From NCBI GenBank assembly GCA_965215635.1, contig CBDCEA010000004.1, positions 48,492-112,491 on the forward strand: DNA of 64,000 nt, written 5' to 3'. Below are positions 41,846-53,397 of the stretch, one piece after another (position 1 is the stretch's first letter; every line of letters starts with the position of its first letter). This DNA comes from Alphaproteobacteria bacterium. GTDB lineage: Bacteria > Pseudomonadota > Alphaproteobacteria > SP197. The notes below the pieces were generated by a model, which saw only the letters and a program-made list of their open reading frames with translations, searched no databases and was not told the origin of the DNA. The translations under genes and the position numbers were made by a program.

Positions 41846-43522
41846 TCAGCGCTGGCGGTGTTCCCAGTCCGGATGGACCCAGACCGGGGCCTCCGACGGT
41901 TCCGGAGGCACTGCCCCGAGGATCATGTTGGACGCCTTCTCGGCGATCATGATCGTCGGCGCGTTGAGATTGCCCGAGACGATGTTCGGCATGACCGAGG
42001 CGTCCACCACCCTCAGCCTGTCGACGCCATGGACCTTGAGTTCCGGATCGACAACCGCTCGCGCGTCATCGGCGGTCCCCATCGGGCAGGTGCAGGAGGG
42101 ATGGTAGCTCGATTCGCAGGTCTCGCGGATCCACGCATCGAGTTCCTCGTCGGACTGCTTCTCGTCTCCCGGCCAGATCTCCCGGCCGCGGAAACGGTCG
42201 AAGGCCTTCTGGGCGTGGATCTCCCGGGTGAGACGCGTCCCGTCGCGCAGGCAGCGTACGTCCTCCTCTTCCTTCAGGTAGTTGAAGAAGATCTCAGGGT
42301 GTCGACGCGCATCGGCGCTTCTGATCTTCACATGGCCTCTGGAATGCGGCCGCATCATGTCGACCATCACCTGGTAGCCGTGGATGCGGTTCACGTTGAA
42401 GGCATCGTAGGTCATGGCCATGGGCAGGAAGTGGTACTGGATGTCGGGATGCTCGACCCCGGCGCGGCTGCGGATGAACCCGCCTGCCTCCATGTGATTG
42501 GTCGTCGCCGGTCCGCTCTTCGACAGGAACCAGCGGAGACCGACCTTCATCTTGCCCACGGGTGTCAGGTGCTTGAGAAGACTCACGGGCTCTCTGCATT
42601 CGTGCTGCACGAAGACCTCGAGATGGTCCTGCAGGTTCTCCCCGACCCCCGGCAGGTCATGCACCGGCGCAATGCCCAGAGCGGCGAGCTCGTCGGCCGC
42701 ACCGATCCCGGACAGCTGCAGAAGCTGGGGCGAGTTGATGGCGCCGCCGGAAAGGATCACCTCCCTTGTGGCGCGGGCCTGCTTCGTTCTTCCGTCCTGG
42801 ACGTACTCGACGCCGACCGCTGCCTGCTTCTCGAAGATGATGCGCGTGGTGAGGGCCTTCGTCTCGATCGAGAGATTGCCTCTGGTGAGAGCGGGCCTCA
42901 GGTAGGCCGACGCCGCGCTCCATCGGCGACCGTTGCGCGTCGTGCGGTCCATGCCCCCGAAGCCTTCCTGGCGGTAGCCGTTGAGATCCGGACTCTCGGC
43001 ATAGCCTGCCTCGACGGCGGCATCGGTGAAGGCCCGGTAGAGAGGATTGCTCTCAAGTCGGCCCGCCGTGACGTGGAGCGGCCCGTCGTCTCCGTGGTAG
43101 TCGTCGCGCTCGTGCTCGTGGGATTCAGCGCGCCGAAAGTAGGGCAGGACGCCGCGGTAGGACCAGCCGCGGCATCCAAGCTGGGCCCACTTGTCGTAAT
43201 CGAAGGCATGGCCGCGGATGTAGACCATACCGTTGATGGAACTCGAACCGCCGAGTACGCGTCCCCTGGGACAGTGGATCACCCGATTATTGAGCCCGGG
43301 TTCGGGTTCGGTGTGGTAGAACCAGTTGTAGCGGTCATCCCGAAGCGGCCAGGCAAACGCCGTCGGCATGTGGATCATCCAGCTGAAGAGGCCGCTGTCC
43401 TTCGGACCCGCCTCCAGCACGAGGACCCTGTTCTCCGGATCCGCGGAGAGGCGGTTCGCCAGGGTCGAGCCCGCGGATCCGGAACCGATGATGACGAACT
43501 CGGCTTCGCGGTCGTATGCCAT
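41846..43522 (-). CDS. GMC-family FAD oxidoreductase (choline dehydrogenase BetA-like)
   Basis: FVIIGSGSAGSTLANRLS (FAD GxGxxG). GMC signatures GGSSSINGMVYIRG and ACESSYHPSCTCPMG. Confidence 0.8.
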   Translation of the reverse strand: MAYDREAEFVIIGSGSAGSTLANRLSADPENRVLVLEAGPKDSGLFSWMIHMPTAFAWPLRDDRYNWFYHTEPEPGLNNRVIHCPRGRVLGGSSSINGMVYIRGHAFDYDKWAQLGCRGWSYRGVLPYFRRAESHEHERDDYHGDDGPLHVTAGRLESNPLYRAFTDAAVEAGYAESPDLNGYRQEGFGGMDRTTRNGRRWSAASAYLRPALTRGNLSIETKALTTRIIFEKQAAVGVEYVQDGRTKQARATREVILSGGAINSPQLLQLSGIGAADELAALGIAPVHDLPGVGENLQDHLEVFVQHECREPVSLLKHLTPVGKMKVGLRWFLSKSGPATTNHMEAGGFIRSRAGVEHPDIQYHFLPMAMTYDAFNVNRIHGYQVMVDMMRPHSRGHVKIRSADARRHPEIFFNYLKEEEDVRCLRDGTRLTREIHAQKAFDRFRGREIWPGDEKQSDEELDAWIRETCESSYHPSCTCPMGTADDARAVVDPELKVHGVDRLRVVDASVMPNIVSGNLNAPTIMIAEKASNMILGAVPPEPSEAPVWVHPDWEHRQR

Positions 43523-43555
43523 GAAAGACGGCTCCGGCGGGTTGCATGAATGAAG

Positions 43556-43587
43556 GGAGCCGCGGCATCGGCCGCGGCTCCTTCAAC
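43556..43587. terminator. GC-rich perfect hairpin (GGAGCCGCGGC-ATCG-GCCGCGGCTCC) between the groEL stop and the GMC gene start
   Basis: 11-bp perfect stem. No strong U-tract. Likely terminator or attenuator of groESL. Confidence 0.4.
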
Positions 43588-43611
43588 ACTGAACGTTGCA
43601 GGGCGCTTCGA

Positions 43612-45568
<1,957 letters not shown>

Positions 45569-45615
45569 GTTGCAACCTCCTGATTGAGAGTGGTTTCCTG
45601 CAAAGTTGAGACGTG

Positions 45616-45642
45616 TTGGCACTCGCTAAAGGAGAGTGCCAA
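45616..45642. promoter_or_regulatory. CIRCE element (HrcA operator) TTGGCACTC-N9-GAGTGCCAA upstream of groES1
   Basis: 9-bp inverted repeat with a 9-nt spacer, matching the CIRCE consensus TTAGCACTC-N9-GAGTGCTAA. Confidence 0.7.
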
Positions 45643-45722
45643 CAGTGATGTAGGGGCAAGGGCGGCGAGTTCAAGGGCATGAGGCCCGGGCCTTGAAACT
45701 TTTTTACGCAAACCGGCCCCTG

Positions 45723-46985
45723 TCAGGTCTTGCGCTTGGCGTCCCCGGGGCGTCGCGCGAGCGCCAGGGCGCGCCGGTCGAGCTCTGTTTCGATGTCGTG
45801 GAGGCTGACGCCCGCACGGACCGCCGCGGCCAGCGCGAAGAACATCAGGTCGGCCGCTTCGTGGGCGACATCGCCTGCAGTCACGGCATCGCCGAGCTCG
45901 CGGGCTTCCTCGACGAGTTTGTCTTCCAGAAGACCCGGTTCGCTGAAGAGCCGGACGGAATAGGAGCCCTCGGGCGCCGATTGGCGTCGCCCGGTAAGGA
46001 TGCGCGCGAGCGCCGGAAGGCCGGAATCGGTGCCCCAGCAGGTCCACGTGCCGAGGTGACAGAAACCGGAACCGGCCTGGCGCACCGTGAACTTCAGGGC
46101 ATCGCGGTCGCAGTCGAGATCGATCTTCAGCAATTCCTGGGTGGCCCCCGACGTCCCGCCCTTGACCCACAGTCCCCTCGAACGGGAATGGTAGACGCCG
46201 GTGCGCCGGTCGACGGCGGCGCGGAGACTCTCTGCATCGGACCACGCCAGACCTAGTGCACGGCCGTGCTCGTCACACACGATCGTGGGCCAGAGCCCGT
46301 CCGCCCGATCGCTCGTCAGCGGCGCGGCTATCGCATCGGCCAGATGAAGGGCACCGGAATAGAGCGCCATCCCCACCTGGGCATCGATCCCGGCCCTGTC
46401 GGCTTCGGCGATCTCCCGTGTCGTGGAAAAGCCCCCCGCCACCGTCAGCTCGGCTTCGCCCGCCGACCGTTCAAGTTCGAGGGCACGCCGGAGATCCGTT
46501 CCCGCCATACGGCCCTCGCGTTCGACGAAGGTGACGAGAAAACCGCCGGCAAGCCCTTCGAGCTCCGCCATCCTCGCTTCGACGGTCTCGCCGCTCCTCA
46601 CGGTCCAGCCATGGGTGACGACATCGCCATCGATGGCATCGAGGGCGGCGATAACCCGCTTGCGCGGCAGTTCCGAGAGGATTTCGGGCCTCGCTGCGGT
46701 GCCGAGGATGACCTTGCGGGCTCCGGCATCGAGCCAGCGCCTTGCCGCTGCGACATCGCGGATTCCACCGCCGACGCGGCATGGCGCGAGACGCACGAGT
46801 TCCTCGATCAGCCCGCGGTTGTCACCCCTTCCGAGCGCCGCGTCGAGGTCGATGACGGCAATCTCGCCGGCAAGGCCGAATCGCTCGGCGATCGGCCGGG
46901 GATCACCGGCCTCGATGGCCCTTTCCTTGCCACCGATGAGTTGAACGGCCTGGCCGTCCATCAGATCGATCGAGGGGACGATCAT
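45723..46985 (-). CDS. hisA/hisIE: Apparent tri-domain fusion: HisA-like ProFAR isomerase + phosphoribosyl-AMP cyclohydrolase (HisI) + phosphoribosyl-ATP pyrophosphatase (HisE)
   Basis: N-terminal MIVPSIDLMDGQAVQL (HisA pattern IPAIDL..G.xVRL). Middle: HSRSRGLWVKGGTSGATQELLKIDLDCDRDALKFTVRQAGSGFCHLGTWTCWG (HisI). C-terminal: SYSVRLFSE...AHEAADLMFFALAA (HisE). A single 420-aa ORF. Confidence 0.7.
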   Translation of the reverse strand: MIVPSIDLMDGQAVQLIGGKERAIEAGDPRPIAERFGLAGEIAVIDLDAALGRGDNRGLIEELVRLAPCRVGGGIRDVAAARRWLDAGARKVILGTAARPEILSELPRKRVIAALDAIDGDVVTHGWTVRSGETVEARMAELEGLAGGFLVTFVEREGRMAGTDLRRALELERSAGEAELTVAGGFSTTREIAEADRAGIDAQVGMALYSGALHLADAIAAPLTSDRADGLWPTIVCDEHGRALGLAWSDAESLRAAVDRRTGVYHSRSRGLWVKGGTSGATQELLKIDLDCDRDALKFTVRQAGSGFCHLGTWTCWGTDSGLPALARILTGRRQSAPEGSYSVRLFSEPGLLEDKLVEEARELGDAVTAGDVAHEAADLMFFALAAAVRAGVSLHDIETELDRRALALARRPGDAKRKT

Positions 46986-47001
46986 GGGACTGCCATTTTG
47001 T

Positions 47002-47766
47002 TCATGGGTCGGGCAGGGGCCTTACCGGTATCCCGGCCAGAGCCATCGCGCGCTTGACGTCGCCGACGGTGTATTCGCCGTCGTGGAAGATCGAGGCGGC
47101 CAGCACCGCGTCGGCACCGCACTTCAGGGCTTCCACGAGGTGATCGGGGGAGGCGGCACCTCCGGATGCGACGACAGGCACCGTCACGGCAGCCGATACG
47201 GCGCCGAGCAATCGGGTGTCGTATCCCGACCGGGTCCCGTCGCGGTCCCAGCTGGTCAGGACGATTTCGCCCGCGCCGCGCGCCACCGCCTCGCCGGCCC
47301 AGCGGACGGCATCGATTCCGGTCCGGTTCCTGCCGGAGAGGGTCACGACTTCCCAGTTCGCGCCGGTACCGGCGGCATCGATTGCGACGACGGCGCACTG
47401 GCTGCCGAACCTGTCCGCAATCTCGCCGAGAAGTTCCGGCCGCGAGACGGCCGCCGTGTTGACGGCGATCTTGTCGGCGCCTGCCTCGAGGAGCGCCTCG
47501 GCGTCGGCGGCCGAGCGCACGCCGCCACCGACCGTGAGTGGAATGCCCAGCACCCTGCGCACAGCCGCCACCGTGTCGCGCGCATTACCCCTGCCTTGCG
47601 GCGTCGCGGAAACATCGAGCATCACGAGTTCGTCGGCGCCCTGCCGTTCGTAGGCCGCGGCGAGTTCCACGGGATTGCCGGCGTCCCTAAGCCCCTGGAA
47701 GCGGATGCCCTTGACGACGCGTCCCGAATCGACATCGAGACAGGGAATGACCCTTGCCGTCAGCAT
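47002..47766 (-). CDS. hisF: Imidazole glycerol phosphate synthase cyclase subunit
   Basis: MLTARVIPCLDVDSGRVVKG... (HisF pattern RIIPCLDV..GRVVKG). Confidence 0.9.
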   Translation of the reverse strand: MLTARVIPCLDVDSGRVVKGIRFQGLRDAGNPVELAAAYERQGADELVMLDVSATPQGRGNARDTVAAVRRVLGIPLTVGGGVRSAADAEALLEAGADKIAVNTAAVSRPELLGEIADRFGSQCAVVAIDAAGTGANWEVVTLSGRNRTGIDAVRWAGEAVARGAGEIVLTSWDRDGTRSGYDTRLLGAVSAAVTVPVVASGGAASPDHLVEALKCGADAVLAASIFHDGEYTVGDVKRAMALAGIPVRPLPDP

Positions 47767-48365
47767 GGCGTCGATAACCAGCGCCGTATCAGCGCCTCGC
47801 CCCAGGAGCCGGAGAGTTCGGGGTGGAACTGGCAGGCGACGAGAGCGCCCTTTTCGAGTGCGGCAACGAACGGCCCACCGTGGTCCGACATGGCCGCGAA
47901 CCAGCCTTCGGGGACCGCCTCGAGGCGATAGGAATTGGCGAAGTAGGCATGGCCGGAGACGAGCGTGGCACAACCGTCGGCCGGCGTGAGGGCGTTCCAG
48001 CCGAACTGCGGGACGCGGACATGCGAGGGGAAACGGGTGATGGCGCTGTCGATCAGGCCGAGACCGGGAACGCCCGGCGATTCCTCGCTTGCCCGGCACA
48101 GGAGCTGGAGGCCGACACAGATGGCAAGGGTCGGTCTTCCCCTTGCCATGCGTTCCTTCAGGGCTTCGGCCGTGCCCGAACGTGCGAGTGTCTCCATCGC
48201 CGCGCCGAAGGAACCGACACCCGGAAGCATGACGTGTCCGGCCTCGAGGATCTCCCGCGGGGCATGGGTCAGGCGCGGCGCCCCGCCGGTGCGGCGCAGA
48301 CCGGCCAGGACGGATGCGAGATTGGCGGTTCCCGTGCGGCAGACGGCGACGTCACGCACGGTCAC
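47760..48365 (-). CDS. hisH: Imidazole glycerol phosphate synthase glutamine amidotransferase subunit
   Basis: Class I GATase with catalytic Cys in ICVGLQLL and C-terminal HPE. Confidence 0.85.
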   Translation of the reverse strand: MTVRDVAVCRTGTANLASVLAGLRRTGGAPRLTHAPREILEAGHVMLPGVGSFGAAMETLARSGTAEALKERMARGRPTLAICVGLQLLCRASEESPGVPGLGLIDSAITRFPSHVRVPQFGWNALTPADGCATLVSGHAYFANSYRLEAVPEGWFAAMSDHGGPFVAALEKGALVACQFHPELSGSWGEALIRRWLSTPC

Positions 48366-48949
48366 AGGCTCGCCTTGGTGCTCGGGATATCGTCGTGTTC
48401 GTCGTGGGCCACCGCCTGCCTCAGGGCGACCGCCACGGCCTTGAACGCGGCTTCGGCGCGATGGTGATCGTTGTGTCCGCGAACGAGATCGACATGAAGC
48501 GTGATGCGCGCGGCCATGGCCAGGCTCTGAAGGACATGTTCGATCATTTCTGTTGCGATATCGCCGATCCGCTCGCGCCTGAGACCCAGATCGACATGGG
48601 CAAAGGCACGCCCGGAAAGATCGACAACGGCCCTTGCCAGCGCCTCATCGAGCGGGACGTGGGCATCCCCGAAGCGGCGTATGCCCCGCTTGTCGCCCAG
48701 GGCCTCGTCGAGAGCGGCACCGAGCGCAAGCGCGCAGTCCTCTGCCGTGTGGTGGTCGTCGACGTCGAGATCGCCTTCGGCACCGAGCGCTATGTCGATG
48801 CGGCTGTGGCGCGCCAGCGAATCGAGAAGATGGTCGAGAAAGCGCAGGCCCGAGGCAATGTCGCTCTTGCCGGTCCCGTCGAGGTTGACGGTGGCCGTCA
48901 CGTCGGTTTCCCGTGTCGTGCGGGTTACGGTCGCCACGCGTTCCTTCAT
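48362..48949 (-). CDS. hisB: Imidazoleglycerol-phosphate dehydratase
   Basis: IGPD motifs D..HH.(A)ED and HNDHHRAEA. Confidence 0.9.
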   Translation of the reverse strand: MKERVATVTRTTRETDVTATVNLDGTGKSDIASGLRFLDHLLDSLARHSRIDIALGAEGDLDVDDHHTAEDCALALGAALDEALGDKRGIRRFGDAHVPLDEALARAVVDLSGRAFAHVDLGLRRERIGDIATEMIEHVLQSLAMAARITLHVDLVRGHNDHHRAEAAFKAVAVALRQAVAHDEHDDIPSTKASL

Positions 48950-48956
48950 GGATGTT

Positions 48957-49835
48957 TCATGCCACGATGTTGCCGATGGGGCTGACGACGATATCCGTGC
49001 CGCCCATCGCCTTGATCTCCGGAATGACGCGCGCCAGCATGTCGCGCGGAACCGCGGCCTTGACCGCGTAGCCGCCTTCCCCGTGGAGCGGCGATACCGT
49101 CGGCTCGCGCATGCAGGGCAGCTTCGCGATAACGGATTCGAGGTGCTCGGGCGCCACGTTGACCTCGACCATGACGCGCCGCCTGGCGTCGAGAACCGAT
49201 CCCACCATCATGACGAAACTCTCGATGGCATTGCGCTTGTCCGTATCGTCGAGTGCCGCGGGGTGGGCGAAGAGGCACGTCGACGATGTCATGATCCGGG
49301 CCACGACCTCGAGACCGTTGGCTCTCAGCGTGGCACCGGTCGCCGAATTGTCGATGATGCAGTCGGCGTCTTCCGGGGGAAACACCTCCGTTGCGCCGTA
49401 GGAGCGTATGAAGGTGGCATCCAGTGCCGATTCGGTGATCCACGAGCGCGCAAGGCGCTCGTATTCGCTCGCCACCACCAGATGGTGGTCGGGTAATCTG
49501 CCGTCGACAAGGAGCTTCACCGGCACCGCGGCGACCAATTCGACGGGATCGAGACCGGTATCGATCAGTTCGACAAGCTCGGCGTTCATTTCCCGCACCC
49601 AGTCACGGCCCGCGAATCCGATATCCCGGCTGCCGATGTGCAGCATCTCGACAATGTTCTGGGGTTTGAGAAGCTTGGCTTCGAAGTCCGGCAGCGAGAG
49701 CCTTGGCCGGTAGTCTCGGGTGCTACCGGCCCGTCCCGAACGGACATGGATGCCGGCATCCTCGAGGAGGGCATAGACATTGTCCTGCATGCGGCCCTTG
49801 GGAAGGCCCAGGCGTATGGTGAAGGTGGCAGGCAT
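48957..49835 (-). CDS. hisG: ATP phosphoribosyltransferase (long form with C-terminal regulatory domain)
   Basis: MPATFTIRLGLPKGRMQ N-terminus (start taken at the internal Met). 292 aa. Confidence 0.85.
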   Translation of the reverse strand: MPATFTIRLGLPKGRMQDNVYALLEDAGIHVRSGRAGSTRDYRPRLSLPDFEAKLLKPQNIVEMLHIGSRDIGFAGRDWVREMNAELVELIDTGLDPVELVAAVPVKLLVDGRLPDHHLVVASEYERLARSWITESALDATFIRSYGATEVFPPEDADCIIDNSATGATLRANGLEVVARIMTSSTCLFAHPAALDDTDKRNAIESFVMMVGSVLDARRRVMVEVNVAPEHLESVIAKLPCMREPTVSPLHGEGGYAVKAAVPRDMLARVIPEIKAMGGTDIVVSPIGNIVA

Positions 49836-49984
49836 GGTCGGCCATGGCAAATCGAGGGAACGGTTTCGGAGGCGATGAAAATTCGGCGATCGGTGAACGA
49901 AAGTCAACCATTACCGAAAGATGTGCGCCCGGCTTGTGCCTCGGGTAGACTTCGCCGACGCACACGACAAGGAGGCTTCGCACC

Positions 49985-50347
49985 ATGGCTGTTCGGGGAC
50001 TCGATCATGTCAACATCAGGACGTCGGATCTCGACCGTTGCCGTGCGTTCTACTGCGGCCTGCTCGGCTTCGAGGAGGGCTACAGGCCGTCATTCGACTC
50101 ACCGGGCGCCTGGCTCTACGCGGGAGGCGAAGCGATCATCCATGTCAGCCTCGCCGCAGAACCGATGACCGGGGAAAGCGCCATCGATCACGTTGCCTTC
50201 GCCAGCGAAGGGTTCGATGCCATGTGCCGGCGTCTCGAGGATGAGGGAATCGATTTCACGAGCGTGAAGGTCCCCGACAATCCGATCCGCCAGATCTTCA
50301 TCACCGATCCCGACGGTGTTGTCATCGAGCTCAATTTCCGGGGTTGA
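49985..50347 (+). CDS. VOC (glyoxalase/bleomycin-resistance/dioxygenase) family protein
   Basis: GLDHVNIRTSDLDRCRAFYCGLLGF is the VOC beta-alpha-beta-beta-beta module. Confidence 0.7.
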   Translation: MAVRGLDHVNIRTSDLDRCRAFYCGLLGFEEGYRPSFDSPGAWLYAGGEAIIHVSLAAEPMTGESAIDHVAFASEGFDAMCRRLEDEGIDFTSVKVPDNPIRQIFITDPDGVVIELNFRG

Positions 50348-50348
50348 A

Positions 50349-51440
50349 ATGAAGATCGATGGAATCTCCTGGCGTTCAATCCAGCTCGCCGATGACGGCA
50401 AAACGATCATCATCATCGATCAGACCCGGCTGCCACACCGTTTCGTGACCACTGCCCTGACAACGCTTGGCGATGCGGCCCATGCGATCCGCGCCATGCT
50501 GGTGCGGGGCGCCCCGCTCATCGGCGCCACGGCGGCCTATGGCATGGCTCTTGCCATGAGGCGGGATGTTTCGGATACCGCCTTGGAGGAGGCCGCCGGG
50601 ACATTGCTTGCGACACGTCCCACCGCGGTCAATCTCAGGTGGGCGATTGAACGCGTCCTGGCCCGGCTGCGGCCGCTCGATGCCGGCGGGCGCGAGGCGG
50701 CGGCCTACGCCTGCGCCGCGGAGATCTGCGACGAAGATGTGGAGATCTGCGAGGCGATCGGGGAACACGGTCTCGAGATCCTCCGGAACCATCACGAGGC
50801 ATCGGGCCGCCCGGTTCACGTGATGACCCACTGCAATGCCGGCTGGCTTGCTACCGTGGACTGGGGCACGGCGCTGGCACCGGTCTACAAGGCCCACGAC
50901 GCCGGCATACCCGTTCATGTCTGGGTTTCCGAGACCAGGCCGCGAAACCAGGGAGCGTCCCTGACGGCCTGGGAACTGGCGCGCCATGGCGTGCCCCACA
51001 CTCTGATCGTCGATAACGCCGCCGGCCATCTCATGCGCTCCGGAAAGGTCGACATGACGATCACGGGCGCCGACCGCGTCACTGCCGGGGGCGATGTCTG
51101 CAACAAGATCGGAACCTATCTCAAGGCGCTCGCGGCGCGAGAGCACGGTCTGCCGTTCTACGCCGCGCTGCCGTCGCCGACCATCGACTGGAGGCTCGAG
51201 GATCCCGATGCCATTCCCATAGAAGAACGTAGCGCAGACGAGGTCTCGACCGTCACCGGACGCGCCTGCAGCGGGGAGATCGTTCCGGTCGCGATCACGC
51301 CCGAAGGTGCGGCACGGGAGAATCCGGCCTTCGACATCACGCCTGCGGCGCTCGTAACGGGACTGATCACCGAACGCGGCCTCTGCGCTGCCTCGGCCGC
51401 TTCCCTTGCCGGGCTCTTCCCTGAAGAATCCTCGACCTGA
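50349..51440 (+). CDS. mtnA: S-methyl-5-thioribose-1-phosphate isomerase (eIF-2B-related family)
   Basis: IIDQTRLP, THCNAGWLAT and GADRV motifs. ATG overlaps the upstream stop. Confidence 0.8.
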   Translation: MKIDGISWRSIQLADDGKTIIIIDQTRLPHRFVTTALTTLGDAAHAIRAMLVRGAPLIGATAAYGMALAMRRDVSDTALEEAAGTLLATRPTAVNLRWAIERVLARLRPLDAGGREAAAYACAAEICDEDVEICEAIGEHGLEILRNHHEASGRPVHVMTHCNAGWLATVDWGTALAPVYKAHDAGIPVHVWVSETRPRNQGASLTAWELARHGVPHTLIVDNAAGHLMRSGKVDMTITGADRVTAGGDVCNKIGTYLKALAAREHGLPFYAALPSPTIDWRLEDPDAIPIEERSADEVSTVTGRACSGEIVPVAITPEGAARENPAFDITPAALVTGLITERGLCAASAASLAGLFPEESST

Positions 51441-51494
51441 CGGCTGCTTCGTGGAAGCTTCGGACCGGGCGAACCTCATAATCGGGAGACCTTC

Positions 51495-51896
51495 ATGAGC
51501 GGAATGTACGACAAGGGCCTTGCCAATCGGCGCGAGGTTCTGGGCACGGAATATGTGGACAGGGCGATCAACGGCGCGGACCGCTTCAACGCGGAGTTCC
51601 AGCGTCTTCTCACCACCTACTGCTGGGGAGAGATCTGGAGCAGCGAAGGTCTCGACCGCAGGCAGCGCAGCCTCAACAATCTCTGCATGACCGCCGCTTC
51701 GGGACGCACCGAAGAGTTCGAACTGCATTTCCGGGGCGCGATCCGCAACGGCGTCACCCTGGCTGCCCTTCGTGATACCCTGATGCAGATCGCCGTCTAT
51801 TGCGGCATGCCGGCCGGTGTCGAGAGCTTCCGCATCGCGCGCCGGGTGTTCGCCGAGATGGCCATCGACCCCGAGACCGACGAAAGCCTCGCCTGA
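51495..51896 (+). CDS. Carboxymuconolactone decarboxylase family protein
   Basis: CMD/AhpD-like fold. GEIWSSEGLDRRQRSLNNLCMTAA. Confidence 0.7.
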   Translation: MSGMYDKGLANRREVLGTEYVDRAINGADRFNAEFQRLLTTYCWGEIWSSEGLDRRQRSLNNLCMTAASGRTEEFELHFRGAIRNGVTLAALRDTLMQIAVYCGMPAGVESFRIARRVFAEMAIDPETDESLA

Positions 51897-51912
51897 CGGC
51901 CCGGATGAGTCC

Positions 51913-53226
51913 TTGAACCCGGCGCCGCGCATCCTGCGTCTTGCCGCTCTTTCGGCCGGGGAGCGTGATGCTCTCGTCGTGCGCGGCGTTCTCGACATGG
52001 CGCACTACATCGAACGGGCGCGTCCGATCGTCGAGGCCGTGCGGCAGACGGGCGATCGCGCTCTGGTGCGCTTCGCCGCCGATTTCGACGGAGTTGCCAT
52101 GTCCGCCGATCGCATAAGGGTCACGCCTGAGGCCTTCGGAACGGCATCGCGTGGCGTGCCGGAGGAAGCTGCCCGGGCGATCGAAGAGGCGGCGGACCAT
52201 GTCCGGCGGGTTCATGAACGCCAGCTTCCTCCGGCGCTCGAGATGATTGAGGTGAAACCCGGCGTCATGGCCGGCGAACGCCATGTTCCGATCGATGCCG
52301 TGGCCTGTTACGTGCCGCGCGGCAAGGGCGCGTTCCCGTCCGTGACCCTGATGACCGCCATTCCCGCACGCATCGCCGGAGTTCCAAGGGTGGTGATCAT
52401 CACGCCGCCGGGCCCGGGTGGAACGTGCGATGCCGGAACGCTTGTAGCCGCGCGCGCGGCAGGCGTGGACGAGGTCTATCTTGCCGGCGGCGCCCAGGCT
52501 GTCGCCGCAGTCGCCTTCGGCACCGAAACGGTGCCGCGCTGCTCCAAGATCGTCGGGCCGGGCTCGCCGTGGGTCGGTGCGGCGATGGCTCTGTGCGCCG
52601 ATCATCTGGCGCCGGGTCCGCCGGCCGGGCCGTCCGAAGCCATGGTGATCGCCGATGGTACCGCGGATGTCGACCGCCTGGCGCTCGATCTCCTGATCGA
52701 GGCGGAGCATGGCGACGATTCGACGGTGTTCCTCGTGACCTGGAACGAAGAGATTGCCGAGGCTGTCGCCGTCAGAACCGCGCACCACTTGAAGCGCCTG
52801 TCCCCCGTGCGTCAGGGCTACGCTTCCGCATCGCTTGGCGCGAACGGTGGTCTCGTTGTCGCAGAAGACCGCGAGGATGCCCTCGACTTCGTCAATGCCT
52901 TCGCTCCCGAGCATCTCCAGATCGCCAGCCGGCACCCGCGCGACTATCTCGACGACATCGTCAATGCAGGCGAGATCCTTCTGGGCCAGGAAGTCCCGTT
53001 CTCGATGGCGAACTTCATGATTGGCGTCAACGCGGTTCTGCCCACGGGCGGCAAGGCGGCGACCCATTCCGCCCTGGGCGTCGTGGACTTCCTCAAGCGA
53101 CAGTCGATCGCCGAACTGACGGCCGAAGGTCATGATCGGCTCGCACCTGCGACCACGGCCTTTGCTCGCTACGAGGGTTTTGATGCACACGCGCTGGCGA
53201 TCACTGCGCGCAGGCGGCCGTCGTGA
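51913..53226 (+). CDS. hisD: Histidinol dehydrogenase
   Basis: HisD motifs PGPGGTCDAGTLVAARAAGVDEVYLAGGAQAVAA and IEAEHGDDS. The start is uncertain (TTG 51913 chosen; the frame is open from 51817 and overlaps the CMD gene). Confidence 0.8.
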   Translation: MNPAPRILRLAALSAGERDALVVRGVLDMAHYIERARPIVEAVRQTGDRALVRFAADFDGVAMSADRIRVTPEAFGTASRGVPEEAARAIEEAADHVRRVHERQLPPALEMIEVKPGVMAGERHVPIDAVACYVPRGKGAFPSVTLMTAIPARIAGVPRVVIITPPGPGGTCDAGTLVAARAAGVDEVYLAGGAQAVAAVAFGTETVPRCSKIVGPGSPWVGAAMALCADHLAPGPPAGPSEAMVIADGTADVDRLALDLLIEAEHGDDSTVFLVTWNEEIAEAVAVRTAHHLKRLSPVRQGYASASLGANGGLVVAEDREDALDFVNAFAPEHLQIASRHPRDYLDDIVNAGEILLGQEVPFSMANFMIGVNAVLPTGGKAATHSALGVVDFLKRQSIAELTAEGHDRLAPATTAFARYEGFDAHALAITARRRPS

Positions 53227-53397
53227 TTGCGGCAATCCTGTTTCCTGTGGACAGAATTTGCCAATAAGTACACGCCGGAAAGGCGGTATTATGCCATAAT
53301 CGCGCCACTTGCCGGATGCATACTCCGGCTACCGGTTCCTTTTTGACGATGCGCCATCGTCAGCGGACTCCCATGTGGCGCCGACGAAGGAGAGATC

